From an uncultured Caulobacteraceae bacterium (GTDB taxonomy: Bacteria > Pseudomonadota > Alphaproteobacteria > Caulobacterales > Aquidulcibacteraceae): DNA of 64,000 nt. Positions 19,297 to 29,599 of the stretch are shown in pieces. The position numbers were made by a program, and so were the translations under genes. Below the pieces are notes generated by a model, which searched no databases, was not told where the DNA came from, and was given only the letters and a program-made list of their open reading frames with translations. The stretch spans positions 11,474 through 75,473 of the forward strand of contig CAYUCW010000001.1 in assembly GCA_964443435.1 (NCBI GenBank), written 5' to 3'. Each line of letters begins with the position of its first letter. Within the stretch, counting starts at the first letter, position 1.

Positions 19297-20222
19297 TACG
19301 CAAGGTTAATTTCTCTTAAGCGCTGCATAAGGAAATCTTGGGCACTGATTGGTTCAAATTTTGAGGTGCCACAATTTGGCAAAGTCTCAATTATATAATC
19401 GGGATTAAAATGCAAAAAGAATGGCATTGAATATCTTGAAAATTTAGAACGTTCAGGATTTGGATTAATCACCCTATGAATTGTCGAAGGAAGTTTATTA
19501 TTAGTAAGTCTTGAAAGCATATCGCCAATATTAACCGCAATACTTCCTTTTGGGGCGGTAACATTCTGCCATTCATTATTGCGGTCTAATAATTGAAGGC
19601 CTGGCTCATCTGCGCCTAGTAGGAGGGTGATTACATTTATATCGCCATGTGCGCCTGCACGAATTGCGCCCGCCGGTATATCGCCTATTACAGGCGGATA
19701 ATGTAAAAGCCTTAGTATTGAATTGCCTTGATTAACGGTATTATCAAAAAAGTCTGGTTCAAGCTTAAGATAGATTGCAATTGCTTTTAAAATATTCTTT
19801 CCCAATAAATCAAAAGCTTCAAACATTTCGTTTATATTGGAATTAAAGTCTTTAATATGGCTTACTTCAATATTATCTCGCATAAATTCTTTATATTTGT
19901 GATTTTGAGGAAGAATGCGACCATGATGCCAAAATTCTTTTAAATCGGCGATTTTATGATCTTTTGCGGTTTCAACACCAAAAGAAGTATAACCGCGCTG
20001 TCCGCCATGCCCAATATCAATATATGATTTTTTAATTTCTTCATCCAAAGCAAAAAATGCTTTTGCAGAATTTTCCACATTATCAATAATATTTTGATCT
20101 ACGCCATGATTAGAAATAATGGCAAAGCCATAGGTTTCAAACCATTTCCCGATTTCTTGTGAAAATGCATCTGGACTTGCAGAAAAAGTTTCCATTGAGA
20201 CAGAGTGTATAATTGAGTCCAT
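19296..20222 (-). CDS. 2OG-Fe(II) oxygenase, isopenicillin N synthase family
   Basis: GFAIISNHG, LRLLHYPP, AHGDIN, NIGDML, HRV, RYS. Confidence 0.92.
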   Translation of the reverse strand: MDSIIHSVSMETFSASPDAFSQEIGKWFETYGFAIISNHGVDQNIIDNVENSAKAFFALDEEIKKSYIDIGHGGQRGYTSFGVETAKDHKIADLKEFWHHGRILPQNHKYKEFMRDNIEVSHIKDFNSNINEMFEAFDLLGKNILKAIAIYLKLEPDFFDNTVNQGNSILRLLHYPPVIGDIPAGAIRAGAHGDINVITLLLGADEPGLQLLDRNNEWQNVTAPKGSIAVNIGDMLSRLTNNKLPSTIHRVINPNPERSKFSRYSMPFFLHFNPDYIIETLPNCGTSKFEPISAQDFLMQRLREINLA

Positions 20223-20230
20223 AATTGCCT

Positions 20231-20539
20231 CTATTTTGAATTTAGTCTTGCAATCCAACCACCGCCGGCAATTGGCATAGCGCGTTTAATATTTCCAGAT
20301 TTAAGTTCTTCTTTTAAAAGATTTCCAATCGGCGCGAAAAGGCTTGGTGTGCCTTCGCCTGCACTTAAAGAGAATTTGAATAGAATTTTGACCTCTTTGT
20401 CGCTTTTATTATCAATAATTGCCTTTTTAACAATTGCCAAAGCTTCGACATGTTCAATATTTTCTAAATTAATAGTTAAATCAGTGTCTAAGTTTTGACT
20501 AAAAATTTCTAATTCTTGTGAATTTTCGTCGTTAACCAT
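20231..20539 (-). CDS. Hypothetical protein, weak Smr-like pattern
   Basis: 102 aa ORF in operon orientation; AGEG and GGGW elements loosely Smr-like. Confidence 0.5.
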   Translation of the reverse strand: MVNDENSQELEIFSQNLDTDLTINLENIEHVEALAIVKKAIIDNKSDKEVKILFKFSLSAGEGTPSLFAPIGNLLKEELKSGNIKRAMPIAGGGWIARLNSK

Positions 20540-20809
20540 TTGTATTGGTCTTTCTCCAGTTTGTTAAGCCTTTGGCAATTCTTTGGTAAGGTTTGCATAA
20601 TAATCATTTACATTAAGTTATCACGCCACAGTTTGTAAACCAAATCTTCACTGAAAACATACTGAAATTAATAGTTTTGAAATCTTTTGGAAACCAACGA
20701 TTTACTTTTAGGTTTCATTGTAGGTTCATCAGAGTAAATATCTGTAATTTTAAATATTAATAATTTGCCTAAGAAGTATTGGCAAAAATGGTGGTAAAAA
20801 GGATAAGAA

Positions 20810-21058
20810 ATGTCAGTAGCTGTTGTTTTAAATGAAATTGAAAATATAGATTATTTTTCTAAAGGTCTTTCACATTCAACTGGTGTTGGTGCTGCACTTG
20901 ATTTAGTAGAAGCACATAAATGGTTTAATATTGCTGCAATGAAAGGCAATAATGAAGCTAAAATTCGTCGTAAAGAACTTTCAGAAGTTATGTCTGAATT
21001 CCAAATCTCTGCGGCGCAACGTGCGGCTCGTGATTATTTAACTAAAGGCGTAAATTAA
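20810..21058 (+). CDS. Small Sel1-repeat protein
   Basis: DLVEAHKWFNIAAMKGN; AAGGA RBS. Confidence 0.8.
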   Translation: MSVAVVLNEIENIDYFSKGLSHSTGVGAALDLVEAHKWFNIAAMKGNNEAKIRRKELSEVMSEFQISAAQRAARDYLTKGVN

Positions 21059-21074
21059 ACTATTGTGTTGGCCG

Positions 21075-21833
21075 CTAATATGTGCGGCCGCCAATGGAAT
21101 AATTAAAGCCAATTGTTACAGGCAATGCATCCCTTATGAATTGCTGTGTGAATAGTCCGGCTTCAGCAATTTTTGATTTAGGAACCCAAATTACGTCAAA
21201 GCGTCTTAATCTTGGTAAAGCCGCATAATAATTTGGATCTGATAATATAGTTCGCATATTATATGTACGCATAAAAGGTTGGCCGCCAGCGCCACGCCTT
21301 AAGACTACTAAATCATCGCGCTTAGCAGAGTTTAAAAACCCGCCGGCAATGGTAATTGCTTGAAGTGGGTCAATTTCCCCTGGTAAATCATAGATTCCAG
21401 GCTTGGCGACTTCGCCACCAATAAAGATTTTTTGTGATGCAAAAGCTTTTGGCGCAATACTTATTTTAGGGTTTCTTAATTGTGCCGAATATGCGCCCTC
21501 AAGCATAGCTTGCAATTCATAAGCATTTCTATCAGCTATCATTATATTGCCGATTAAGTTCGGTGCAATGCGTCCATCTGGCGCTACTATAACTGTTTTT
21601 GATAATTCAGGCGCACCAAGCACATTAATCTCTATCTCATCACCTGGATAGAATCTATAACCTTCATCTGCATCAGTCCAACTAGGGAAGGCGGGTTGTG
21701 TAGGGAAGTATTGTGTTTGTGCAGGTGAGGGAGTGCGATAATTACGCGCTTCATTGCCCAGCCCTTTAATATTATTAAATGAGCACGCACTTAAACCTAT
21801 CACTGATATTAAGATTAGATATTTACTAACCAT
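21075..21833 (-). CDS. hfsD: Holdfast polysaccharide export lipoprotein (Wza-like)
   Basis: Lipobox LSAC, YRFYPGDEIEI, DGRI, GGEVAKPGIY; divergent from hfsA. Confidence 0.85.
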   Translation of the reverse strand: MVSKYLILISVIGLSACSFNNIKGLGNEARNYRTPSPAQTQYFPTQPAFPSWTDADEGYRFYPGDEIEINVLGAPELSKTVIVAPDGRIAPNLIGNIMIADRNAYELQAMLEGAYSAQLRNPKISIAPKAFASQKIFIGGEVAKPGIYDLPGEIDPLQAITIAGGFLNSAKRDDLVVLRRGAGGQPFMRTYNMRTILSDPNYYAALPRLRRFDVIWVPKSKIAEAGLFTQQFIRDALPVTIGFNYSIGGRTY

Positions 21834-21952
21834 TGAAAAAACTTCCCTTTTTATAGCTAAAAATCAGTTAACACCAAAATATGAAATAGTTTATTAATAA
21901 ATTTAAAGCAATTTCCTATTTATAAGAATCAAATGCGAAAATATTTTTTATT

Positions 21953-23425
21953 ATGAATCTAGGTAATTCTACAAATCAAAATAATATAAGCGGGTCATCA
22001 AATGGCAGGCCGGTTTATGGTATTGGTGATTGGATAAATTTATTATTGCGTGAATTCTGGCTTATGCTTGCGGTTTTCTTGCTTATTTGTTTGCTTGGCC
22101 TTGCTTATGCCATGACTTTGCAAAAAAAATATACTGCCCAAGCAAGGATATCTGTCTTAGTTGGTGATGAATATGTATACTCTCCGCGCGTTGGTGCCGC
22201 AGGGGTTGGCGCTTCACCTAAACAAGAACAAATAGTTCAGTCAGAAGTAGAGGTTATAACTTCGGCTCAAGTTTCAGATAGGGTTGTAGCGCATATTGGC
22301 CCTAAAAATTTATATTCGTCAAAAGAATTAGTTACGCATGGAACTGGCCCAATTGAAGAGCAATATCAAAGGATTGCGGTGGAAAACTTCCGTAAAGAAT
22401 TTGGCGCTTCAGCAACGCCTAATACTACGGTAATTAAACTTAGCTATGCTAATCATAATCCTAAAATTGCCGCTGATGCACTTAATAAGCTAATTGATGA
22501 GTATTTATTGTACCGTAAAGAAGTTTTATTCGAAAACCGTGCAGGTGTTTTAGGCAAGCAGAAGACTGAATTTAATAATGAATTAGACGCAGTTCAAGCA
22601 CAAATCGAAAGCTTATTAACGCAGAATGGTGTTGCTGATTATGAAAGCGAAAAAAATTCAGTATTTGCGCAATTAAGCCTAAGCCGTCAAGAATTGCTTA
22701 ATACGCAATCGCGCCTTAGTGAAGCAATTGGTAGGTCCAATGCTACTAATTCAAGTTATTCAAGAGAGCCTTCACAAGTAAGGCTATCATTTGAATCAGA
22801 TAATACACGTCGTAAAATTGACCTTGAGCAACAAATGGCTGAATTACTTACCAAATATACTGAGCAAAGTCAGCCTGTTCAAGAATTGCAAAAAAGAATT
22901 AATGCGATTGATAGTGTGATTTCTTCAGAAGCAGGACGCAATGCAGGCTTGGTTAAAACTGGCCCTAATCCAGTACGTGATAGTATTGCAACTGATAGAT
23001 CGCGCAATACTGCAGAGGTGATTGCACTTCGTAATAGAGAGGCAGTATTAATAAGCCAATTACAACAAGTTCAAGGCCGAGCTGAGCAAATTGCGCAAAT
23101 GCGCCCTCAATACGAAGATTTATTACGTAAAAAGCTTGTTTTAGAAGAGCAAGTCAAACAATTTGCTAGCAAAGAAGCAGAGGCACTTGCATTAAATAAC
23201 CTTCAAAGCAATTTAAATGAAAACATCAGAGTGATTGAACGTGCAATTCCGCCTTCAAAAGGTACAAGCATGAAAAGCCTAATAATGTTGGGTTCAATTT
23301 TATTTGGTGGATTTACTGCATTAGTGGCTGGGGCAATGCGTGCCTTAACAAGATCTAGATTTCCTTCAAAAAGCTCGATTTCAAGAACTCTTGGTTTGCC
23401 AATTCTTGCTACGGTTTCAAGATAA
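21953..23425 (+). CDS. hfsA: Holdfast polysaccharide co-polymerase (Wzc/GumC-like)
   Basis: N- and C-terminal TM, long coiled coil, RTLGLPILA end; hfsDABC layout. Confidence 0.85.
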   Translation: MNLGNSTNQNNISGSSNGRPVYGIGDWINLLLREFWLMLAVFLLICLLGLAYAMTLQKKYTAQARISVLVGDEYVYSPRVGAAGVGASPKQEQIVQSEVEVITSAQVSDRVVAHIGPKNLYSSKELVTHGTGPIEEQYQRIAVENFRKEFGASATPNTTVIKLSYANHNPKIAADALNKLIDEYLLYRKEVLFENRAGVLGKQKTEFNNELDAVQAQIESLLTQNGVADYESEKNSVFAQLSLSRQELLNTQSRLSEAIGRSNATNSSYSREPSQVRLSFESDNTRRKIDLEQQMAELLTKYTEQSQPVQELQKRINAIDSVISSEAGRNAGLVKTGPNPVRDSIATDRSRNTAEVIALRNREAVLISQLQQVQGRAEQIAQMRPQYEDLLRKKLVLEEQVKQFASKEAEALALNNLQSNLNENIRVIERAIPPSKGTSMKSLIMLGSILFGGFTALVAGAMRALTRSRFPSKSSISRTLGLPILATVSR

Positions 23426-23475
23426 GAAGCATAATTCTAATTGTCAGAATCAATATTAAGTTTTACGCTTAAAAA

Positions 23476-24165
23476 ATGAAAGATATAACAGGTGATATGC
23501 AAATCATATGGTCATCACTTGCCAGTGTTGCTGGCAATAAAGGTGCGACTGTTATGTTTATTGGTGCAAGGGCGGGGGACGGGATTTCTTCTTGTGCGCG
23601 TTCATTTGCAAAACTTTCATCATTAAGATCTACTAAATCGGTTTGGCTTATAGATCTTGATTTCTATTCTAATGGTCAATTTAATGCACTTGGTGGCAAT
23701 GAAAATGGCAATTGGAGTGGGCCATTTGACATGAGCTTTGGGCAAAATCCATTTTGGTGGACTGTTCCAAGGGGTAAATATAATGGTAAAAATGCTTTGG
23801 TCGGCTATCGTGTTGGGGCAACAAAACTTTATGTAAGTAAGTTTAGGCGTGAAGAATTAGAAGAAAACCAAGTAATTCAAATTGGCCCTGCACCTGAATT
23901 TTGGCAAACTATAAGAGAAAATCTAGACATTACAATTATAGACGCACCTCCACTTGAAAATTCTCACGCTGGTTTGGCATTAGCAAGCGAAATGGATGGC
24001 GTAGTATTAGTTATTGATGCGGAAAATACCAATCCAAAAGATGCAATTGATTTAAAAGACGAAGTTATTGCGCGTGGTGGCAATTGTCTTGGCATTGTTT
24101 TGGTTACAAAAGAAAATCAAAGCCGTGCTTCTTCTAAAAAAAATCTATTTAATTTCGCGCTTTAA
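23476..24165 (+). CDS. hfsB: Holdfast tyrosine-kinase-like protein
   Basis: P-loop-like GARAGDGIS (no Lys), LIDLD, IIDAPP, DGVVLV. Confidence 0.8.
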   Translation: MKDITGDMQIIWSSLASVAGNKGATVMFIGARAGDGISSCARSFAKLSSLRSTKSVWLIDLDFYSNGQFNALGGNENGNWSGPFDMSFGQNPFWWTVPRGKYNGKNALVGYRVGATKLYVSKFRREELEENQVIQIGPAPEFWQTIRENLDITIIDAPPLENSHAGLALASEMDGVVLVIDAENTNPKDAIDLKDEVIARGGNCLGIVLVTKENQSRASSKKNLFNFAL

Positions 24166-24180
24166 AGGATTGTAACAGCT

Positions 24181-25260
24181 TTGGTTAATAACCAACCAAA
24201 ACCCTTAGAGAACAACTCAAGCTATTTATTATTCCTAATATTTGCATTTTTTGCGATTTCAGGGAGTGATTTTGCACATCTATTTGAAATTAAATCTGAG
24301 AATATTAAAAATTTTTGGGACTTAGCAAAGCTTATTTTTCTTGCGCTTGGTTTCGTTTTAATCGCCTTAAGATGGGAAGATTTAGCAAAGAATAATATTT
24401 ATCTTATACCGATTATAATAAGCGCAACCATATTTCTTACAAGTGTATTTTGGTCTTTAAGCCCATTATTAACAATACAAGCAAGTATAATTCATCTTGT
24501 GATATGGGTTTTTGCTTTGTCTATAAGTCTTAATTATAATATTAAGACATTTATATTGGGCGTTAGTGCCTTTGCATTATTTGCCTTTATTCTAAGCTTA
24601 ATTCAATATTTTAACGGAAGCACGCAGCCATATAATTTTATTTATTTTCAAATCCTAATTGGCGCGGCTTTATGGTTTAATAAATCAAGCATAAACATAG
24701 CTTGCTCATTGGCTTTAATAATTATTCTTCTTTTTGGGATTGCAACAAATAACCCTTATGCACTTAATATATTTATAGCTTTTGCAATTATATCTTTGAA
24801 TTTATTTGCCCAAAAATACATGGAAAAATCGAATTTTGTTCAATTATTATGTGCGGTTTTTATAATTTTATATGCCATAATTTTATTTGCATTCGCACTT
24901 AAAAATAATTCAGGATTAGTAAGTGAACTTATTAAATCAAATATACAGAATAATATAACGGGTATTGGATTTGGTCTTTCTGATGGAATAATTCTAAAAG
25001 AATTTATCTTAGGTCTTGGGTTTTTAGGGCTATTTTATTCTCTGTTTATTTTTTCATTTGTACTTTTGAAATTTATACTTTTCAAAACTAATCGAATTGA
25101 TTTTTTATTATTACCGCTATTTGGGCAATTATTTTTAAATCCAAATGAATATAGATTAAATGGAATAGTATTTGTTATTTTACTTATTGCTGGCTTTTTT
25201 AGTTTTAAAAATGCAAGAAATTATGATTTCAAAGACTCTGCTGCGAAAATTGCACGATAA
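24181..25260 (+). CDS. hfsC: Polysaccharide polymerase / O-antigen ligase-like membrane protein (HfsC position)
   Basis: Multi-TM, SVFWSLSPLLT motif, position after hfsB; TTG start; highly diverged. Confidence 0.6.
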   Translation: MVNNQPKPLENNSSYLLFLIFAFFAISGSDFAHLFEIKSENIKNFWDLAKLIFLALGFVLIALRWEDLAKNNIYLIPIIISATIFLTSVFWSLSPLLTIQASIIHLVIWVFALSISLNYNIKTFILGVSAFALFAFILSLIQYFNGSTQPYNFIYFQILIGAALWFNKSSINIACSLALIIILLFGIATNNPYALNIFIAFAIISLNLFAQKYMEKSNFVQLLCAVFIILYAIILFAFALKNNSGLVSELIKSNIQNNITGIGFGLSDGIILKEFILGLGFLGLFYSLFIFSFVLLKFILFKTNRIDFLLLPLFGQLFLNPNEYRLNGIVFVILLIAGFFSFKNARNYDFKDSAAKIAR

Positions 25261-26171
25261 ACCCTTGCCGCAAAAGCTCTAAGCTTTATTGGCATTATAT
25301 TGGAAATGGCAATAGATCCGAAAATATTTGCTATTAGTTTTAAGAATGGAAATTTTGAAATAAAATAAGCAAGTTTTGTACTATTTAGTAATTTCATTTC
25401 ACTATATTTATTTAATATAAGCGCAAAATTAGGGCCTGCAAGGCGATATTTTTTCAAGATTATTTCGGCTTCATCAAGCCCTAAATGAGTTGCGCCATTA
25501 TCAATATGAGTTACTGGGAAATTATTTTTTGATGCCCTAAGTGCCCATTCAACATCTTCCCAACCCCAACCAATAAATCCAGTATCAAAAGGAACAAGTT
25601 TAGTAATTTCGCTTTTTACCAAAAGATTTGATGTGGCAACCGATAATGCGCCCTTTGCACTTCTTGTGGCGGCGTCAACACAATCGGTTTGTTTTGCAAG
25701 ATAATAAGCAAGCTTATTATTTTCATTCACAATTATTTGTTCAACTGTAAAGCCGCCAAATGCGATAGAAGGTTTTGAATTATCAATATAATTAATCCAT
25801 TTTTCGATAAAATCTTTATCATCAGGAAGCATATCTGAATCTAAAAATAAAATATATTCGCCGTTTGAGTTATTAATAAGATTATTTCGCGCTAAGGCAC
25901 GGCCTGAATTTTTTTTCAAAAATATTAGCTTAGTGTAGCAATTAATATCTTTTATTAGATTAATCATTAATTGCTTAAGGCTCTCATCCGCAGAGCCATC
26001 ATCAATAATTATAATCTCACAGCTAAGACTTTTACGGTTTATTTCTTGCTTTAAAGCATTAATTAAAGGCGAGGGGTCATTCTTATAAACAGGTGTAACA
26101 ATAGAAATTTTTATATCTGATTTCTTTTCACCAATTGTATAAATAATTCTATCTTCTAGGTTTTCAATCAT
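25221..26171 (-). CDS. hfsG: GT2 glycosyltransferase (HfsG position)
   Basis: ISIVTPVY, IIDDGS, GRALARN, LFLDSDM, GWGWEDVEW. Confidence 0.8.
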   Translation of the reverse strand: MIENLEDRIIYTIGEKKSDIKISIVTPVYKNDPSPLINALKQEINRKSLSCEIIIIDDGSADESLKQLMINLIKDINCYTKLIFLKKNSGRALARNNLINNSNGEYILFLDSDMLPDDKDFIEKWINYIDNSKPSIAFGGFTVEQIIVNENNKLAYYLAKQTDCVDAATRSAKGALSVATSNLLVKSEITKLVPFDTGFIGWGWEDVEWALRASKNNFPVTHIDNGATHLGLDEAEIILKKYRLAGPNFALILNKYSEMKLLNSTKLAYFISKFPFLKLIANIFGSIAISNIMPIKLRAFAARVYRAIFAAESLKS

Positions 26172-27595
26172 TTATTTATAACCTGATTAATACGGCCTCT
26201 TATGCCGCTTATATTAAAATAATAGGCGCAAGCAATATAAGCCAAGCCGCCCACAGATGCTTTTAGACAAAGCTCTAGGAAGCCGCCAAGCTTAGGAAGA
26301 TAAATCACGCTGGCAATCATTATCATGCAAGAAACAGTGATTTGCAGTGTGTCCTTAATAGGAATACTTAGCTTTAAATATCGTCTTCCAATTATTGCAA
26401 GTAAAAGCATGCCTATGAAATATGAAATCAAAGTTGCATAAACCGCCCCAAAAAGTCCAATTTTAGGCAAAAGAATTATATTAAGTGCGATACTAAGAAC
26501 CGTAGGCACAAGCATAATAATAACCCGTATTCTTACATGCTTGGTTATTATAAATGCATCTGAAAAATAATCTGACATACCCATTATTAAACCTGCAACC
26601 GCAATCCAAGGGGCGATTTGTGCGGCTTCATTTCTAAATTCAGGGCCTATTAAAATCTCACATAATGGAACGGCAACTAAGGCAATGCCAACTGCTGCCG
26701 GTGCACCAAGTCCAAATCTTATTGCAAATGAGTTTTTTGAAGCTTCAATAATTAAATTCTTATCCTTATTATCATAGGCATTAAGTAATAATGGAAAAGT
26801 AGCAGAACTTAGCCAAGCAAAAATAATCTCTAAGATTCGCGCCGCGGTTTGATAGCCCGCTGAATAAATTCCAACTTCTTTATCGCCAAGAAAATAGGCA
26901 ATTAAAAACCTATCCCCAGAACTTAGCGTGATTGCAAAAATAAGACCAAGCGAAATTGGATAACCAAATTTAAAATATTCTTTTAATCTTTCTGTTTCTA
27001 ATTTTCCGCCTTTTGCTTCTTTTAAAAGGCTTGGTAGTTCAAATGCTAAAGCAAGCGCCGAAGCGATTAATGTTGCAATAAAAGCTGCTTCTTCTTTAAA
27101 GGCATAAAGAATAACTAAGACCGCGCTTATAACAAAACCGATTATAACGTGCGAAGCTTCAACAATTGCAAACCTCACAGATTCAAGCTTCATTCTTCGG
27201 GTTTCAAGTATTATTTTTAATAATGATCTTATAATTGAACCCGCAAAAGCAGCCGCCAAGGCAATTTTCATACTGCCCTCAGCAGGATAGAAAATTATAA
27301 TAATTGCCGAAAGAATTGCAAAAATAACGCTATTTAAAACGAAAGCAAATATAAGACTTGTGAAATGATTTTGAATCTCATTCTTTGACTTAGCTTCTGT
27401 ATAAAACCTATTTGCCGCCGATTCCGCCCAGTTTAATACAAAATAATGCGCAATAGTCATTATTGAGAAAGCAAGCGAAAATCGCCCATATTCTTCGGGG
27501 CTTAGAAATCTAGTAAGAATTGCAACCGTTCCAAAGCTTGCAATTGCTTGTGCAAGGTTTGGTATAGCATATGATATGAGCTGTTTTTTTAACAT
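26168..27595 (-). CDS. hfsF: Wzx-type flippase
   Basis: LTRFLSPEEYG, DRFLI, GIYSAGY; lies between the priming GT and the GT2. Confidence 0.85.
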   Translation of the reverse strand: MLKKQLISYAIPNLAQAIASFGTVAILTRFLSPEEYGRFSLAFSIMTIAHYFVLNWAESAANRFYTEAKSKNEIQNHFTSLIFAFVLNSVIFAILSAIIIIFYPAEGSMKIALAAAFAGSIIRSLLKIILETRRMKLESVRFAIVEASHVIIGFVISAVLVILYAFKEEAAFIATLIASALALAFELPSLLKEAKGGKLETERLKEYFKFGYPISLGLIFAITLSSGDRFLIAYFLGDKEVGIYSAGYQTAARILEIIFAWLSSATFPLLLNAYDNKDKNLIIEASKNSFAIRFGLGAPAAVGIALVAVPLCEILIGPEFRNEAAQIAPWIAVAGLIMGMSDYFSDAFIITKHVRIRVIIMLVPTVLSIALNIILLPKIGLFGAVYATLISYFIGMLLLAIIGRRYLKLSIPIKDTLQITVSCMIMIASVIYLPKLGGFLELCLKASVGGLAYIACAYYFNISGIRGRINQVINK

Positions 27596-29109
27596 TATCT
27601 AATGTTCGTTTTATCGCCTAATAAAGAAGGTATGGTCATAAAGATAATGTATAAATCCATCCAGAAATTTGCTTTATCAATATATTCAGTATCAAGCCTT
27701 ACACGCTCTTCAACTTCTTCTGGAGTATGAACTGGCCCGCGTGAGCCATGAATAGCCGCCCAACCAGTTATGCCTGGTTTAATTCTATGTCTGTGGGCAT
27801 AGTCGCGAACGATTTTCTCACTTTCGACTTCACCGGTTTTCATGCCAATCGCATGTGGACGTGGGCCAACCAAAGACATTGCACCCGATATTACATTAAT
27901 TAATTGCGGCAATTCATCAATTGAAGTCTTGCGAATAAACTTACCTACTTTGGTGACGCGCGGATCATCTTTAACAACTTGTTGCGCCGCTTTATGGTCG
28001 GTCTTTTCAGTAAACATAGAACGGAATTTCCAACATTTAAAAGGTTGGTTATTAAATCCATGTCTTGTTTGTCTGAATAAAATTGGGCCTTTGGATTCAA
28101 GCTTTATGGCGATTGCCACAATAAGCAATAATGGAGACAATAAAACAAGCGCAATAGACGCGATTATTATATCCTGTAGTCTTTTCCAAAATGCACGCTT
28201 TGCATCTTCTGGCGTACCAGAAACATAAGCAACAGGCAGTTTGCCAAGTCTTCCGAAAGTTGTTCCATCGCTTTCAAAACCTTGCATATCAATCGCAAGA
28301 ACAATCTTATTGGGCATACCTCTTAGTTTTTCAACTAATTGTAAGATTCTTGCCTGTGCTGCGCTTGAAACCGTAATAATAACCCTATCAACACTAGGTA
28401 ATAAAGGCCATTCCATTAAATTGGTTAAGTCACCAATAACTGGTACATCACCAATTTTTGAGGGCGCTCTATCAAGTCTATCATCAAAAATACCTAAAAA
28501 GCATATATCGTTTTGATCGGCTTGGTCTTTTATTAAATCTGCGGCACATTTAGTTGCGCCAACAATAACCACATTTGTTGAAAATGCGCCACGATTACTA
28601 AGGATTTTTACAATTTTTGCGGCAATAAAATGAACAATACTTAGGATGCCGCCGATTAATATTGTTATAAAAACAGACTCAGCTACACATTCAGACATCG
28701 GGCGGCCAGTAATCGTCGAAAGCATAATCCCTGTAAAAGTCACAACCGGCAAAGCTATAATAGTTGATCCAACTAATTTTACAAAATGAATAAATGGCCT
28801 TGGGCAAGATGAATAATGATAAAGATCATTTTCTCTTAAAATCCACCAGAATACAAGCGTTGCAACGCCCATAGGCATTGAAATCGCAAGTGATGCGCTT
28901 AATAATCGGTCATGTGTATAGATTCTAAGGCTTATACTTACTATGAGTATAACTAAAAAAATGTCGAAAAGTTCAACAGCTTTTGCAAAACTAGAACGAT
29001 AGAATCTAGCCCCACGTGCACCCTTTTTATTTGTTGTCTTTTCGTTATTTCCTAATTTAGTTTTCACCGCAGTGATTGGTAGCATTATAATTCTCCGAAG
29101 CCTCATCAT
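27595..29109 (-). CDS. hfsE: Priming undecaprenyl-phosphate glycosylphosphotransferase
   Basis: KRLQD, KFRSM, DDPRVT, SIDELPQL, LVGPRP, KPGITGWA. Confidence 0.88.
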   Translation of the reverse strand: MMRLRRIIMLPITAVKTKLGNNEKTTNKKGARGARFYRSSFAKAVELFDIFLVILIVSISLRIYTHDRLLSASLAISMPMGVATLVFWWILRENDLYHYSSCPRPFIHFVKLVGSTIIALPVVTFTGIMLSTITGRPMSECVAESVFITILIGGILSIVHFIAAKIVKILSNRGAFSTNVVIVGATKCAADLIKDQADQNDICFLGIFDDRLDRAPSKIGDVPVIGDLTNLMEWPLLPSVDRVIITVSSAAQARILQLVEKLRGMPNKIVLAIDMQGFESDGTTFGRLGKLPVAYVSGTPEDAKRAFWKRLQDIIIASIALVLLSPLLLIVAIAIKLESKGPILFRQTRHGFNNQPFKCWKFRSMFTEKTDHKAAQQVVKDDPRVTKVGKFIRKTSIDELPQLINVISGAMSLVGPRPHAIGMKTGEVESEKIVRDYAHRHRIKPGITGWAAIHGSRGPVHTPEEVEERVRLDTEYIDKANFWMDLYIIFMTIPSLLGDKTNIR

Positions 29110-29251
29110 AAGCTAAACAAGTAGATTTAATGTTAATTTTTATAAAATTATCATAATATTTTGCATAAATGTTTTTCTGCTAAAATCTCTGCATTCGAAT
29201 GATTTTTTGACTTGGCTTATTGTATGGCATCGTATAACAACAAGGCGCGGG

Positions 29252-29342
29252 GGAGACGTGGCCGAGAGGCTGAAGGCACTCGTTTGCTAAATGAGCGTAC
29301 TCCAAAAGGGTACCGAGGGTTCGAATCCCTCCGTCTCCGCCA
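29252..29342 (+). tRNA. tRNA-Ser(GCT)
   Basis: Acceptor stem GGAGACG/CGTCTCC, anticodon loop TTGCTAA, long variable arm, GGTTCGAATCC, encoded CCA. Confidence 0.97.
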
Positions 29343-29350
29343 GTTTATAA

Positions 29351-29375
29351 ACAAAGCCCCAATAGGGGCTTTTTT
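29351..29375 (+). terminator. Intrinsic terminator after the tRNA
   Basis: AAAGCCCC-AATA-GGGGCTTT followed by a T run. Confidence 0.8.
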
Positions 29376-29391
29376 TATAAACTGCTGTTGA

Positions 29392-29478
29392 GTTTCGTAC
29401 CCGAGAAGAGGGTAGGGCGAAACATGTATGTTTTGGCCTTAGCGGCGTAGCCGAGCGTGCGAAAGCAGAAAAATTTTC
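29392..29478 (+). other. GC-rich structured non-coding element downstream of the tRNA
   Basis: GTTTCG-TACCC/GGGTA-CGAAAC hairpin, CGGC/GCCG hairpin, TGC-GAAA-GCA tetraloop. Confidence 0.4.
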
Positions 29479-29549
29479 AGGGTGTGAGATTTTTTAACAA
29501 TCGCTCTATACTTTACCTATTAGTACAATTGATCCCCAAAAAAACAAAA

Positions 29550-29577
29550 AAGGCATAATTATTTCTAATTATGCCTT
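29550..29577 (-). terminator. Terminator after LRA1
   Basis: AAGGCATAATTA-TTTC-TAATTATGCCTT followed by a T run on the minus strand. Confidence 0.7.
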
Positions 29578-29599
29578 AAACTATAGGATGTTTATTAAA

